From an uncultured Veillonellaceae bacterium (GTDB lineage Bacteria; Bacillota; Negativicutes; Selenomonadales; Selenomonadaceae): a stretch of DNA of 64,000 nt. The translations under genes and the position numbers were made by a program. Each line of letters opens with the position of its first letter. The first letter of the stretch is position 1. Below, piece by piece: positions 1 through 8,104 of the stretch. Under the pieces are notes generated by a model. The model was not told where the DNA came from, ran no database searches, and was given only the letters and a program-made list of their open reading frames with translations. The stretch lies in NCBI GenBank assembly GCA_900316275.1, contig ONCF01000022.1, positions 1,957-65,956 of the forward strand, given 5' to 3'.

Positions 1-74
1 GCGCCCGCGAGCTCATCGCGAGCGGCGCCGCTATGCAAAAACTCGAGCAGTTCCGCCAGCTCTCCAACGCCTGA
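1..74 (+). CDS. 3' end of an unidentified CDS (last 23 codons ...ARELIASGAAMQKLEQFRQLSNA*)
   Basis: Frame 3 stays open to TGA at 72-74 and has strongly G/C-biased third positions. The tail vaguely resembles TrpD-like (glycosyltransferase family 3) C-termini but is too short to assign. Confidence 0.5.
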   Translation, partial: ARELIASGAAMQKLEQFRQLSNA

Positions 75-190
75 TTAGCTAACAGCCTTGCCTTGGGCTA
101 AGGTGCCTGTACTAATGCCTGTGCCATAACCCGGTGTATAGTATAGCGCTGTTACGGACGAGGTCACCTCAATCTGCATAAGGGCAAACG

Positions 191-231
191 AAAGCGCCTT
201 CCCGGCTCGTACCTGGGAAGGCGCTTTTCTT
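191..231. terminator. Bidirectional rho-independent terminator between convergent genes
   Basis: A perfect 13-bp stem, aaagcgccttccc (191-203) with gggaaggcgcttt (215-227), is followed by a T-run on the + strand and by TTTCGTTTG on the - strand. Confidence 0.8.
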
Positions 232-247
232 GTACTCACATATTGCT

Positions 248-1003
248 TTAGCGTTGCGCTGGTGCCACAGCTTCATCGAGCGCGTGCCGGTTCATCTCCT
301 GAATGAGCTGCACCGCCCCCTGACCGAGGCCCGTCTCACGGGCCGCCTCCTCCGCTGAGTAGCCAGCCATGAGCAGTGCCCGCGCACGCGTAGCGGCTGG
401 TATCTCGGCCTCTTCGCCAGCATCGTCGCTCGTCTCCGGCTCGTCCGCACGCTCAGGCGGGGTCATGCTGAGTGGTGTGCCCACAGCCGCCGCCAGGCCC
501 GCTGCCTGACCGTGCGCTGGCCCCTGCATGGACATGCTCTCGCGCTCTTCCCGCGCGATGGAGTTCTGCAGTACCGTAGCAAAATCCTGGGCGTCGACGC
601 GCTCGGGCGCTGGCGTAGCGAGCGGTGCACTCATCACAGGCTGCGGTGCGATGGCCGCCGTACTGGCCAGCTGTGCTGCAGCCACGGTCTGCTGCGCGCG
701 CTGCGAAAGCTCAGCCGAGCGTAACTCCAGCTCCGCCTCGAGCCGCCGACAGTCCGCGATACGCGAGTCCAGTTGAGCCGCCCGCTCATCAGCCTGCCGG
801 ATGAGCTCCTCCAGCTGTGCCACATGGCTGCCCATGCGCTGCACGATGGCCTCGCCTGAGTGCTCCAGTTCCGCCTTGAGCCGCGCCGTCGAGGCCTGCA
901 TGTCAGCATATTCACGCCGGGGCTGTTTGCGCATCTGCCAACGCGCGAGGAGGGCGAGGCCCGCCCCCAGAATAATCAAAAACCCCAGTATTTCCGTGAC
1001 CAT
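248..1003 (-). CDS. Uncharacterised membrane-anchored coiled-coil protein with a C-terminal helix-turn-helix-like tail; last gene of the flagellar array
   Basis: 251-aa ORF with AAAGGAG RBS. It has an N-terminal TM helix (ILGFLIILGAGLALLA), a heptad-like region (LKAELEHSGEAIVQRMGSHVAQLEELIRQADERAAQLDSRIADCRRLEAELELR), an Ala/Pro-rich linker, and the tail LLMAGYSAEEAARETGLGQGAVQLIQEMN. This architecture recalls DUF2802/DUF6115-type flagellar-locus proteins (from memory). Confidence 0.7.
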   Translation of the reverse strand: MVTEILGFLIILGAGLALLARWQMRKQPRREYADMQASTARLKAELEHSGEAIVQRMGSHVAQLEELIRQADERAAQLDSRIADCRRLEAELELRSAELSQRAQQTVAAAQLASTAAIAPQPVMSAPLATPAPERVDAQDFATVLQNSIAREERESMSMQGPAHGQAAGLAAAVGTPLSMTPPERADEPETSDDAGEEAEIPAATRARALLMAGYSAEEAARETGLGQGAVQLIQEMNRHALDEAVAPAQR

Positions 1004-1034
1004 TGCTGACGCTGCTCCTTTACTATACCTGCTC

Positions 1035-1361
1035 TCACAGGCTGATGTCTAAATGATGCCCGCGCATCGGGTCTACCGCATAGGCCGGCGCATCGTCCTC
1101 CGCCTGCTCCTGCTGCTGGCCGCGCTGGCCACCGCCGGCACCGCCCTGGCCCTGCTTACGCTGCTGGTCATCCTTGATTTTGCCGTCCTCGGGATTGTCC
1201 TTGCCGCGCACCTGCGACTCTTTCAGTTTGGCGTCGGCCTCCTGCCGCATGGTTTCGAACTCCTGCTGCAGGTTCGCCGCCTGGTTCAGATTGTGCTGCA
1301 CCTGGCTGGCCTCGGTCGCCCGCGGCACTACCATCTGCAGGCTCATTGGCGTAACATCCAT
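1035..1361 (-). CDS. Uncharacterised small Gln/Gly/acidic-rich protein (108 aa)
   Basis: ORF with AGAGAGGTG RBS 7-8 nt upstream of the ATG. It is co-oriented and tightly packed in the array. I recognise no family. Confidence 0.6.
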   Translation of the reverse strand: MDVTPMSLQMVVPRATEASQVQHNLNQAANLQQEFETMRQEADAKLKESQVRGKDNPEDGKIKDDQQRKQGQGGAGGGQRGQQQEQAEDDAPAYAVDPMRGHHLDISL

Positions 1362-1413
1362 GACCTGACACCTCTCTTTGTCATCTGTCTGCTACCGACC
1401 ATATTTTCCCTGC

Positions 1414-3108
1414 TTAGAACGGGCAGACGCGCACTTCATCTTCCTTGGCCTCCAGCTTCGCGTGCTGTATCTCCGACTGCACGTTCATCATAAGGCCGTT
1501 GACCGACACACGGCAGCCGGGGAACATCCTATCGACGATACTCACGCGGCCGTGCTCCATCTTGCCCAGTTCTTCCTCCAGCGTCTCAATGAGCTTCTCC
1601 GTGCGGCGTACCTTGCCCGCCAGAGGGTAACGTGAGCACGTCAGCTTGTTAATCTGCTCAATGCGCTGCGGCGGCAGCTTGCTCGTATCGATTTTACTCA
1701 ACGTGTTGAGCATGGCATCGACCTGCTGCAAACGCAGCTTGTCGGCTTTATACTCCTGGCAGGCCGTTTTGTACTGCTGCTGCAAGGCTGGATTGATGCC
1801 CACGGCTATACGCGTCACGACAAAGGCCGGATTGCCAAACATCTTGGCGAGGATTTCCTCACCGGCCGCCGCCGTACCGCCCACGATAGAGCCCTTGCGC
1901 TCCTGCGCATAGATACGCTTGCCCGCGCTGAGCTTGGAATGCAGGGCCACATCACCGACCGTGATATCGCGCCCCGCCTCGACGGTAGCATTCTCTACGT
2001 AGGCTGCCTGCACATCCTCCTCGGCCTTGACCTTGCCGCGGTTCAGCCCGCTGATACCGCCACTCACGAAGACATTGCGGCCCGAGACATCACCCGAGAC
2101 GAGACCATTGACGACGACGTCGCCCGTCGCCTTGACAATAAAGCCAGCCTCCACGTTGCCGTTAATCTCGATGCTGCCCGTAAAGTCGACATTGCCCGTA
2201 CCGACGCCGACGCCGGATTTGATGACGAGATGCGGGTCCACGCTGATCTGCGGCCCCTTCTCAACCACCTGACCGTCAATCAGCGCGTAGACAAAATTCT
2301 CATCGCGGATTTCGATATTCTTGCCTTTGGGCACCGGCGTGGGGCGGCCGTTGCGCGCCGTCACCGTGACGCCGTAGACGTCCATGCCGGACACGCCCTG
2401 CGTCTGTGGTATCCGCTCCGCCAGCAGGTCGCCCTTCTTGACGAGCACAAAGAGGTTCATATTTTTGTAGTCAACCCGGTTGTACTGGTTCACCGCCGGG
2501 TGCCCCAGAACGCCCAAATCGTATTTCTTGTCGATATAGGCGTTCTTGCCATGCACCGGGGGCTGGCCTTTGGCCACCACAAAGGGGCTCAGGCGCCGCA
2601 CACCCGCACGGATGGCCTCGCGGTCCACGCCGAAGATGATGCCCTTTTCCTCGAGCGCCGTCATGACGTCCTGCTCGGTGGGCAGGGCCGTGCCCTGCTT
2701 CGTATCGTAGCGGATAGTCGCCTGCATTTTATCCTTGGTGACATCGATGATGATGCCAGCTGGCGGATTCTCGATTTCCTCAGGCGTCGGCTGACCATCA
2801 CCCTTGGGCGGCGCTGCGCCCTCGCCAGAATCGGCCTCCGACTCATCCGCTGCCGCCGCAGCTGGCGCCGCGAAATGCTCACTGAGTTTCACTGGCTCGC
2901 CCTTGGCGCTGCGGATAGCCTTGGCCAGTTCCAGGATGTCGTAGTCCTCGACCTTGTAATCAGCCAAAATCTGCTGCAGGTCGGTCAGCTCGAACAACGT
3001 CTCATTGGAGTCAGACGGATAGACCGTGAGGAAGACGCCATCCTCCCGAAATTCGAAAAGATACCCGGCATCTTTATTGCCTACGGTCGGATATGTGACT
3101 TCATCCAT
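1414..3108 (-). CDS. FapA-family (DUF342) flagellar assembly protein
   Basis: 564 aa. The N-terminal domain is followed by a long Gly/Val/Asp/Asn-rich repeat region (GNVDFTGSIEINGNVEAGFIVKATGDVVVNGLVSGDVSGRNVFVSGG...) and a C-terminal coiled coil, typical of DUF342. It lies directly downstream of the sigma-28 gene. Confidence 0.8.
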   Translation of the reverse strand: MDEVTYPTVGNKDAGYLFEFREDGVFLTVYPSDSNETLFELTDLQQILADYKVEDYDILELAKAIRSAKGEPVKLSEHFAAPAAAAADESEADSGEGAAPPKGDGQPTPEEIENPPAGIIIDVTKDKMQATIRYDTKQGTALPTEQDVMTALEEKGIIFGVDREAIRAGVRRLSPFVVAKGQPPVHGKNAYIDKKYDLGVLGHPAVNQYNRVDYKNMNLFVLVKKGDLLAERIPQTQGVSGMDVYGVTVTARNGRPTPVPKGKNIEIRDENFVYALIDGQVVEKGPQISVDPHLVIKSGVGVGTGNVDFTGSIEINGNVEAGFIVKATGDVVVNGLVSGDVSGRNVFVSGGISGLNRGKVKAEEDVQAAYVENATVEAGRDITVGDVALHSKLSAGKRIYAQERKGSIVGGTAAAGEEILAKMFGNPAFVVTRIAVGINPALQQQYKTACQEYKADKLRLQQVDAMLNTLSKIDTSKLPPQRIEQINKLTCSRYPLAGKVRRTEKLIETLEEELGKMEHGRVSIVDRMFPGCRVSVNGLMMNVQSEIQHAKLEAKEDEVRVCPF

Positions 3109-3149
3109 GATGATTCCCCCAGGCTATAATTCCAGACTCAGGGCCCAGC

Positions 3150-3896
3150 TCACGTACGTGACATAAACGCGCGCATGCGGAACACTGCCTTGGTATGCAG
3201 CTGCGAAATACGCGCCTCTGACAAATGCATAATCAGGCTGATTTCCTTGAGTGTCATTTCCTCATAGTAGTAGAGTGTGACCACCTTTTTTTCTTTGGGC
3301 GGCAGCTGTTCAATGGCCCGTGCCAGGTTTTCCTGTTCCTCCAGCTTTTCCAAACGCGCAGACGGCCCCTCATCGTCTGCGATGACTGGCGTGTCCGCGC
3401 GCAGATAGTCGTCCAAGGGTATGAGTGTCGCTACGCTGACCTGCTTTTCCAGTTCCTGCAGCTCATCCGGCGACAGCTCCAGCTGGGCAGCCAGTTCGTC
3501 GTCTGTAGCCGAGCGACCCAGCTCGTTCTCCAGCGCGAACACCGCCTGCTCATACTTGCGGATTTTCTGCCGTGTGGACACGGGTACCCAGTCCTTGGCC
3601 CGGAGATAGTCCAGCATGGCGCCGCGCACCCGCACGCCGGCATAGGTCTCGAATTTGTTTTTTCGTTGCAAATCATAGCGGTCGATGGCATCGAGCAGGC
3701 CGAAGAAACCGCTGCTCAACAGGTCGTCCCGGTCCACATGCGGTGGCAGACTGATGGCCAGCCGCCCGGCAATAATCTTGACCAGTGGCAGATAGTATTC
3801 CGCCAGCGCGTTGCGCAGCTCGACACTATGGTCCTCAGCGTAACGCTGCCACAGGGAAGCAACATCGACCGTCTGCTGCTGCTCGTCCTCATTCAT
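3150..3896 (-). CDS. fliA: Flagellar sigma factor sigma-28 (FliA/SigD)
   Basis: 248 aa with region 2 (YLPLVKIIAGRL, DDLLSSGFFGLLDAIDRYD), region 3 and region 4 (LKEISLIMHLSEARISQLHTKA) motifs of the FliA/WhiG group. Confidence 0.95.
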   Translation of the reverse strand: MNEDEQQQTVDVASLWQRYAEDHSVELRNALAEYYLPLVKIIAGRLAISLPPHVDRDDLLSSGFFGLLDAIDRYDLQRKNKFETYAGVRVRGAMLDYLRAKDWVPVSTRQKIRKYEQAVFALENELGRSATDDELAAQLELSPDELQELEKQVSVATLIPLDDYLRADTPVIADDEGPSARLEKLEEQENLARAIEQLPPKEKKVVTLYYYEEMTLKEISLIMHLSEARISQLHTKAVFRMRAFMSRT

Positions 3897-3913
3897 CGCC
3901 GAGGCCCCCTTCC

Positions 3914-4300
3914 TTACGTTTTAGACGGTACCTCCATATGCTCCAGTGAGGCGGCCTGCATCGGCTGGAACCCCTCTGCAGGTGCCTCTGCCGCCTCTGG
4001 CTCCGACATGTCCTGACCAGCATCGGCAGCCGCCTGCGCATCCGTCCCGGACGCTGCCGCCTCCTCATCTGTCGCCGTCGTATCCTCCACCGCCTGCAAC
4101 TCAGGGTTCGTATCCAGCCCCAGCCACTCACGGCTCTCCGCAAACAGCAGGATGAGATACACGCAGACCAGGGAGACCAGGCCCCCGGCCAAAGTACGCA
4201 GCAAAATCGTGCTGAAACGCGCGCCGCTGGTCAGCCCCGCCAAAATGACGGTCAGGGCAGCTATCACCGCCAGCAGCAGCGACAATTTGAATTTGACCAA
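3914..4300 (-). CDS. Uncharacterised small membrane protein (2 predicted TM helices plus an acidic Ala/Glu-rich tail)
   Basis: 128-aa ORF wedged between cheD and the sigma-28 gene, with 17-33 nt gaps. It has hydrophobic stretches LSLLLAVIAALTVILAGL and LAGGLVSLVCVYLILLF. I recognise no family. Confidence 0.6.
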   Translation of the reverse strand: MVKFKLSLLLAVIAALTVILAGLTSGARFSTILLRTLAGGLVSLVCVYLILLFAESREWLGLDTNPELQAVEDTTATDEEAAASGTDAQAAADAGQDMSEPEAAEAPAEGFQPMQAASLEHMEVPSKT

Positions 4301-4333
4301 ACTCTCTCACCTGCTATTCTCTCTCCAGCGTCC

Positions 4334-4819
4334 TCAAATCTGCTTTTCGCCCTTGGCAATCGTACGCACAGTATAGTCACCTGAATTAAGGTCAATGGAT
4401 ACCGTGCGGCCATACGTACCGCCCACATCCTGGGCGACCAGAGGAATTTTCATTTCCTTGAGCAGATTGGTGATGGCCTCGGCATTGCGTGCACCTACGC
4501 GCATGATGTCCGTGGCATTGGCAAAGGCGAACATCTGCGCCCCACCGGCAATCTTGGCCACGAGGCGGCTGCGGACCGCACCGAGCTTCAGCACATCGTT
4601 TAGCATCAGGGGCAAACCGGTATCGGCAAATTTCGCAGGGTTATCACTGGCTCTGGCCTGTGTACTATCCGGCAACATGATATGCAGGAGTCCGCCCACC
4701 TTGAGTTGCGGATCGTACAACGATACACCTATGCAGGAACCCAGCCCATAGCTGATCAGCGTGGCGGGAGCTTTGCCCACTTTGTAGTCCGCCATGCCGA
4801 CTCGAATAAGTTCTGGCAT
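4334..4819 (-). CDS. cheD: Chemoreceptor glutamine deamidase CheD
   Basis: The translation MPELIRVGMADYKVGKAPATLISYGLGSCIGV... shows the CheD signature. I prefer ATG 4819, 1 nt after the cheC stop, over the longer track start at 4903. Confidence 0.92.
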   Translation of the reverse strand: MPELIRVGMADYKVGKAPATLISYGLGSCIGVSLYDPQLKVGGLLHIMLPDSTQARASDNPAKFADTGLPLMLNDVLKLGAVRSRLVAKIAGGAQMFAFANATDIMRVGARNAEAITNLLKEMKIPLVAQDVGGTYGRTVSIDLNSGDYTVRTIAKGEKQI

Positions 4820-4820
4820 A

Positions 4821-5438
4821 TCATTCAACTCCCACTGCGGATATAATCGTTTCCAAAGAACCAGGATCCGGTACCAGGAAGAACTGGCCGCTGATTCCAT
4901 CATCCTCCGACAGGAACTCCGTCTCGATGACCAGAGCCTTGTCGCCCATCTGCCCCAGCTGCACCAGGACTACGTTCAAAATGGCACCTGCCATATCCAT
5001 AGCCAGCGCCGGGATAGACGGCAGCATCGTGAGCTTCGTAAAGGTAAAGAACGCATTGAGATACGCCCCCGTCAGGATATTGCCAATCTCCATCAGGGCC
5101 GACTCATCCATGAAATCCAGCTTCGTGGTCTCACCATGGCTGCGTCCCATGAGTTTATCGACCAGATAAAAAGCACTCTTCTTGGGCAGCAGGAACAAAA
5201 TATTGCTGGGTGCCTTGCCGTACACGCGCAAGAAAATGCCCACCACAATGGCATCCGGCCCGCCTACCAGATCCGGTACTGCCTCCAAGGGAACCAGATC
5301 CACACGCGGCACATTCATATCTATGCGCCGGTTGATAATCTGGGACAAGGCCGTGGCTGAATTACCTGCACCGACGTTGCCGATTTCCTTGAGTGCATCC
5401 AGTTGGGCGGCGCTTAAATTCAGTTCTTCATCTGACAT
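4821..5438 (-). CDS. cheC: CheY-P phosphatase CheC
   Basis: MSDEELNLSAAQLDALKEIGNVGAGNSATALS... with a duplicated CheC motif. An AGGAG RBS precedes ATG 5438; the track start at 5516 is probably too long. Confidence 0.9.
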   Translation of the reverse strand: MSDEELNLSAAQLDALKEIGNVGAGNSATALSQIINRRIDMNVPRVDLVPLEAVPDLVGGPDAIVVGIFLRVYGKAPSNILFLLPKKSAFYLVDKLMGRSHGETTKLDFMDESALMEIGNILTGAYLNAFFTFTKLTMLPSIPALAMDMAGAILNVVLVQLGQMGDKALVIETEFLSEDDGISGQFFLVPDPGSLETIISAVGVE

Positions 5439-5528
5439 AAGCAGTCTCCTCATTATGTATGCTGTGCTGGATATGAAGCACGGACGTACCGGTCTGGCAC
5501 GTCCTTGCTTCGACATTCAGCTTAGATT

Positions 5529-5999
5529 TTATTTGTTATCCTTGGGCAATTCCAGAATTTCCTGCAGGTTCAGCATGATGATGAGCCTGCCGTCCACATT
5601 GCCGATACCGCTGAGATATTTCGTAATCTCTTTGCCGTTGATAGCCTTTTTGGGGTCCACCGGCTTGCTGTTGATGGTCAGGACCTCGGTCACAGCATCG
5701 ACCAGCATGCCCACATGCAGATCACCAATCGTCACGGTGACGATACGCGTGTCATCGGTATAGGGCGCATCGGCCAGGCCGAGGCGCTTCTTGAGGTCGA
5801 TGACCGGCAGCACGGAGCCGCGCAGGTTGATAACGCCCTTGATATAGCCCTGGGCGAACGGCACGCGCGTGATGTCCGTCAGGTTGCGGATTTCCTGTAC
5901 ATTCAGGATGCTCACGCCATATTCTTCGTTCAGCAGCTTGAAGGCAACTACCTGAATGCCCTCCTGCATCTGCTCGTTTTTCGTTTCTTCGTTAGCCAT
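5529..5999 (-). CDS. cheW: Chemotaxis coupling protein CheW
   Basis: 156 aa. VVAFKLLNEEYGVSILNVQEIRNL...VINLRGSVLPVIDLKKRLG is typical of CheW. Confidence 0.95.
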   Translation of the reverse strand: MANEETKNEQMQEGIQVVAFKLLNEEYGVSILNVQEIRNLTDITRVPFAQGYIKGVINLRGSVLPVIDLKKRLGLADAPYTDDTRIVTVTIGDLHVGMLVDAVTEVLTINSKPVDPKKAINGKEITKYLSGIGNVDGRLIIMLNLQEILELPKDNK

Positions 6000-6014
6000 C
6001 GTATTTACCTCCCC

Positions 6015-8087
6015 TTACTGCATCATGGTCGCAACATCGAGAATCAGCGCCACGCGGCCATCGCCAAGCACCGTGGCACCGGAGAACATCTTGAGGCCGG
6101 TGAACAGACTGCCGAGCGTCTTGATGACGATTTCCTGCTGACCGATGAGGTTATCAACGACAATACCGGCTTTCTGCTCACCTGCATGTACGACGACGAC
6201 GAAGAGGTCCTCGGCATCCTTGACATGCGGTACCTGCAGCAGCTCATCCATGCGGATGATGGGGATAATCTCGCCGCGCAGCACGATGACTTCTTTATTC
6301 TGAATGGTCTGGATATCCGTTGGCTGGATGTTGATCGTGCTGTCGATGGAGCCGAGAGGAATGGCGTACATCTCCTCCTGTACCTGCACGAGCATGGCCT
6401 GGATGATGGCCAGCGTCAGCGGCAGCTTAATCTTGAAGACGGAGCCCTCATCGACCTTCGTCTCGACATCGACGTGACCGGACAGCGCCTCAATCTTGCT
6501 GCGCACGACATCCATGCCCACGCCACGGCCGGAGATATCGGTAATTTTCTCCGCCGTGGAGAAACCGGGCAGGAAAATCAGACGGACGGCATCGGCATCG
6601 TCGAGCTTGTCTGCCTCTTCCTGGCTGATCATGCCCTTTTCGACGGCCTTGCTGCGGATTTTATCAGCGACGATGCCTGCGCCATCATCCGTAACCATGA
6701 TGACGACGTTGTTGCCTTCGTGACGGGCGATGAGGCCGACTTCACCGGCACGCGGCTTGCCTTTTGCCTCGCGCTCGTCCGGCATCTCGACGCCGTGGTC
6801 GCAGGAGTTACGCAGCAAATGCATGAGCGGATCACCGATTTCATCGATAACGGTACGATCGAGCTCGGTCTCCTCACCTTCGATGGTCAGGTTGATTTCC
6901 TTGTTCAGTTCCTTCGCGATATCACGCACCATGCGCGGGAAGCGGTTGAACACGGAGCTTACCGGCACCATGCGGACCTTCATGACGATGTTCTGCAGGT
7001 CTGTCGTCACGCGGTCCATCTGCTCCAGCGTCTCCGTGAGCTCGGAGAGGCGGTGCGTCTGGCCGATCTGCTCGAGACGGACCTTGTTGATGACGAGCTC
7101 GCCCATGAGGTTCATCAGCGTGTCGAGCTTGTCGATGTCTACGCGCACGGACTGGCTCTTATGCGGCTTCTTGTGGTCGCCACCGCCGCCAGCCGCTGCT
7201 GCCGGTTTCTTGGCGGGAGCCGGCTTGGCTGCCGGTTTTGCTGCCGGAGCAGGAGCCGCTGCCGGTGCAGCCGCCGCTGGTGCCGGTGCTGCCGCTGGTG
7301 CCGGTGCGGGAGCCGCATCCGGGTCCACCACCGTCACCGTGAACTTCTCGATTTCCGAAATCGTGTTGACGGCGTCCTCGACCGTCTTGACATCCGTCGC
7401 CGTCACCACAATGACATCGAACGTATGGTCAAACTTCTCCTGCTCGAGGTCCTCAGCCGACGGCACGGACTTGATGACATCGCCGAGCTCGTCCAGCGCA
7501 TTCATGACCATGTAGGAGCGGGCAGATTTCAGCAGGCAGGTCTGCGCCAGCGTGATCTGCACATGCACGGCAATGAGGCCCTTTTCCTTGGCCTCGCGGA
7601 TGACGTCTTTATCGACATCCGTGAGCTGGATGGACGGGGATGCCGCGGGTGCGGCAGCAGGTGCGGCAACGGCCGGAGCGGCTGCGCCCTGTGCCTCGGG
7701 GACATCGCCCTTGGAGATTTTGCTCAGCTGGCTGACGAGCTCAGAAACATCGACGAGATCCTCCGGGTCGCCGTTGCCGACATTATCAATCATCTGCGTC
7801 AGCGAGTCAATGCACTTGAACAGGATGTCGATGATGTTCTCATCGAGCTTCAGCTGGTTCTTGCGGATGAGGTCGAGCACATCCTCCATCTCATGCGTGA
7901 GCTCGGCGATTTTGTTGTAGCCCATCGTCGCCGACATGCCCTTCAGCGTATGCGCGTTACGGAAGATTTCGTTGACGACTGACGTATCCTCCATGTTGTC
8001 TTCCAGACTCAGCAGGCCATCATTCAAAGACTGCAGATGCTCATGCGACTCGTCCAGGAACATGTCCATGTACTGATTGGTATCCAT
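6015..8087 (-). CDS. cheA: Chemotaxis histidine kinase CheA
   Basis: 690 aa with an Hpt domain (HTLKGMSATMG), dimerisation and HATPase domains (DDGAGI, GRGVGMDVV) and a C-terminal CheW-like domain. The interdomain linkers are Ala/Pro-rich. Confidence 0.97.
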   Translation of the reverse strand: MDTNQYMDMFLDESHEHLQSLNDGLLSLEDNMEDTSVVNEIFRNAHTLKGMSATMGYNKIAELTHEMEDVLDLIRKNQLKLDENIIDILFKCIDSLTQMIDNVGNGDPEDLVDVSELVSQLSKISKGDVPEAQGAAAPAVAAPAAAPAASPSIQLTDVDKDVIREAKEKGLIAVHVQITLAQTCLLKSARSYMVMNALDELGDVIKSVPSAEDLEQEKFDHTFDVIVVTATDVKTVEDAVNTISEIEKFTVTVVDPDAAPAPAPAAAPAPAAAAPAAAPAPAAKPAAKPAPAKKPAAAAGGGGDHKKPHKSQSVRVDIDKLDTLMNLMGELVINKVRLEQIGQTHRLSELTETLEQMDRVTTDLQNIVMKVRMVPVSSVFNRFPRMVRDIAKELNKEINLTIEGEETELDRTVIDEIGDPLMHLLRNSCDHGVEMPDEREAKGKPRAGEVGLIARHEGNNVVIMVTDDGAGIVADKIRSKAVEKGMISQEEADKLDDADAVRLIFLPGFSTAEKITDISGRGVGMDVVRSKIEALSGHVDVETKVDEGSVFKIKLPLTLAIIQAMLVQVQEEMYAIPLGSIDSTINIQPTDIQTIQNKEVIVLRGEIIPIIRMDELLQVPHVKDAEDLFVVVVHAGEQKAGIVVDNLIGQQEIVIKTLGSLFTGLKMFSGATVLGDGRVALILDVATMMQ

Positions 8088-8104
8088 TCTCTATTCCCCC
8101 TAAA

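Noticed and set aside
61-190. A possible small RNA or promoter in the 3' region of the partial + strand gene (TATAGT at about 143, weak hairpins at 75-101)
   Set aside because: There is no credible -35 partner, the stems are short and mutually exclusive, and the real terminator is at 191-231. This is most simply a 3' UTR.
5715-7982. Very long + strand ORFs antisense to real genes, for example 5715-7982 (755 aa), 31344-33860 (838 aa), 52169-54211 (680 aa), 1939-3129, 10032-11288, 12078-13538, 36627-37922, 39726-41249, 47826-49145 and 61929-63350
   Set aside because: Each lies exactly opposite a minus-strand gene with unmistakable family motifs. Their translations are Arg/His/Leu/Asp-rich low-information strings with no recognisable domains. 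Such stop-free antisense frames are the expected by-product of strong GC3 bias.
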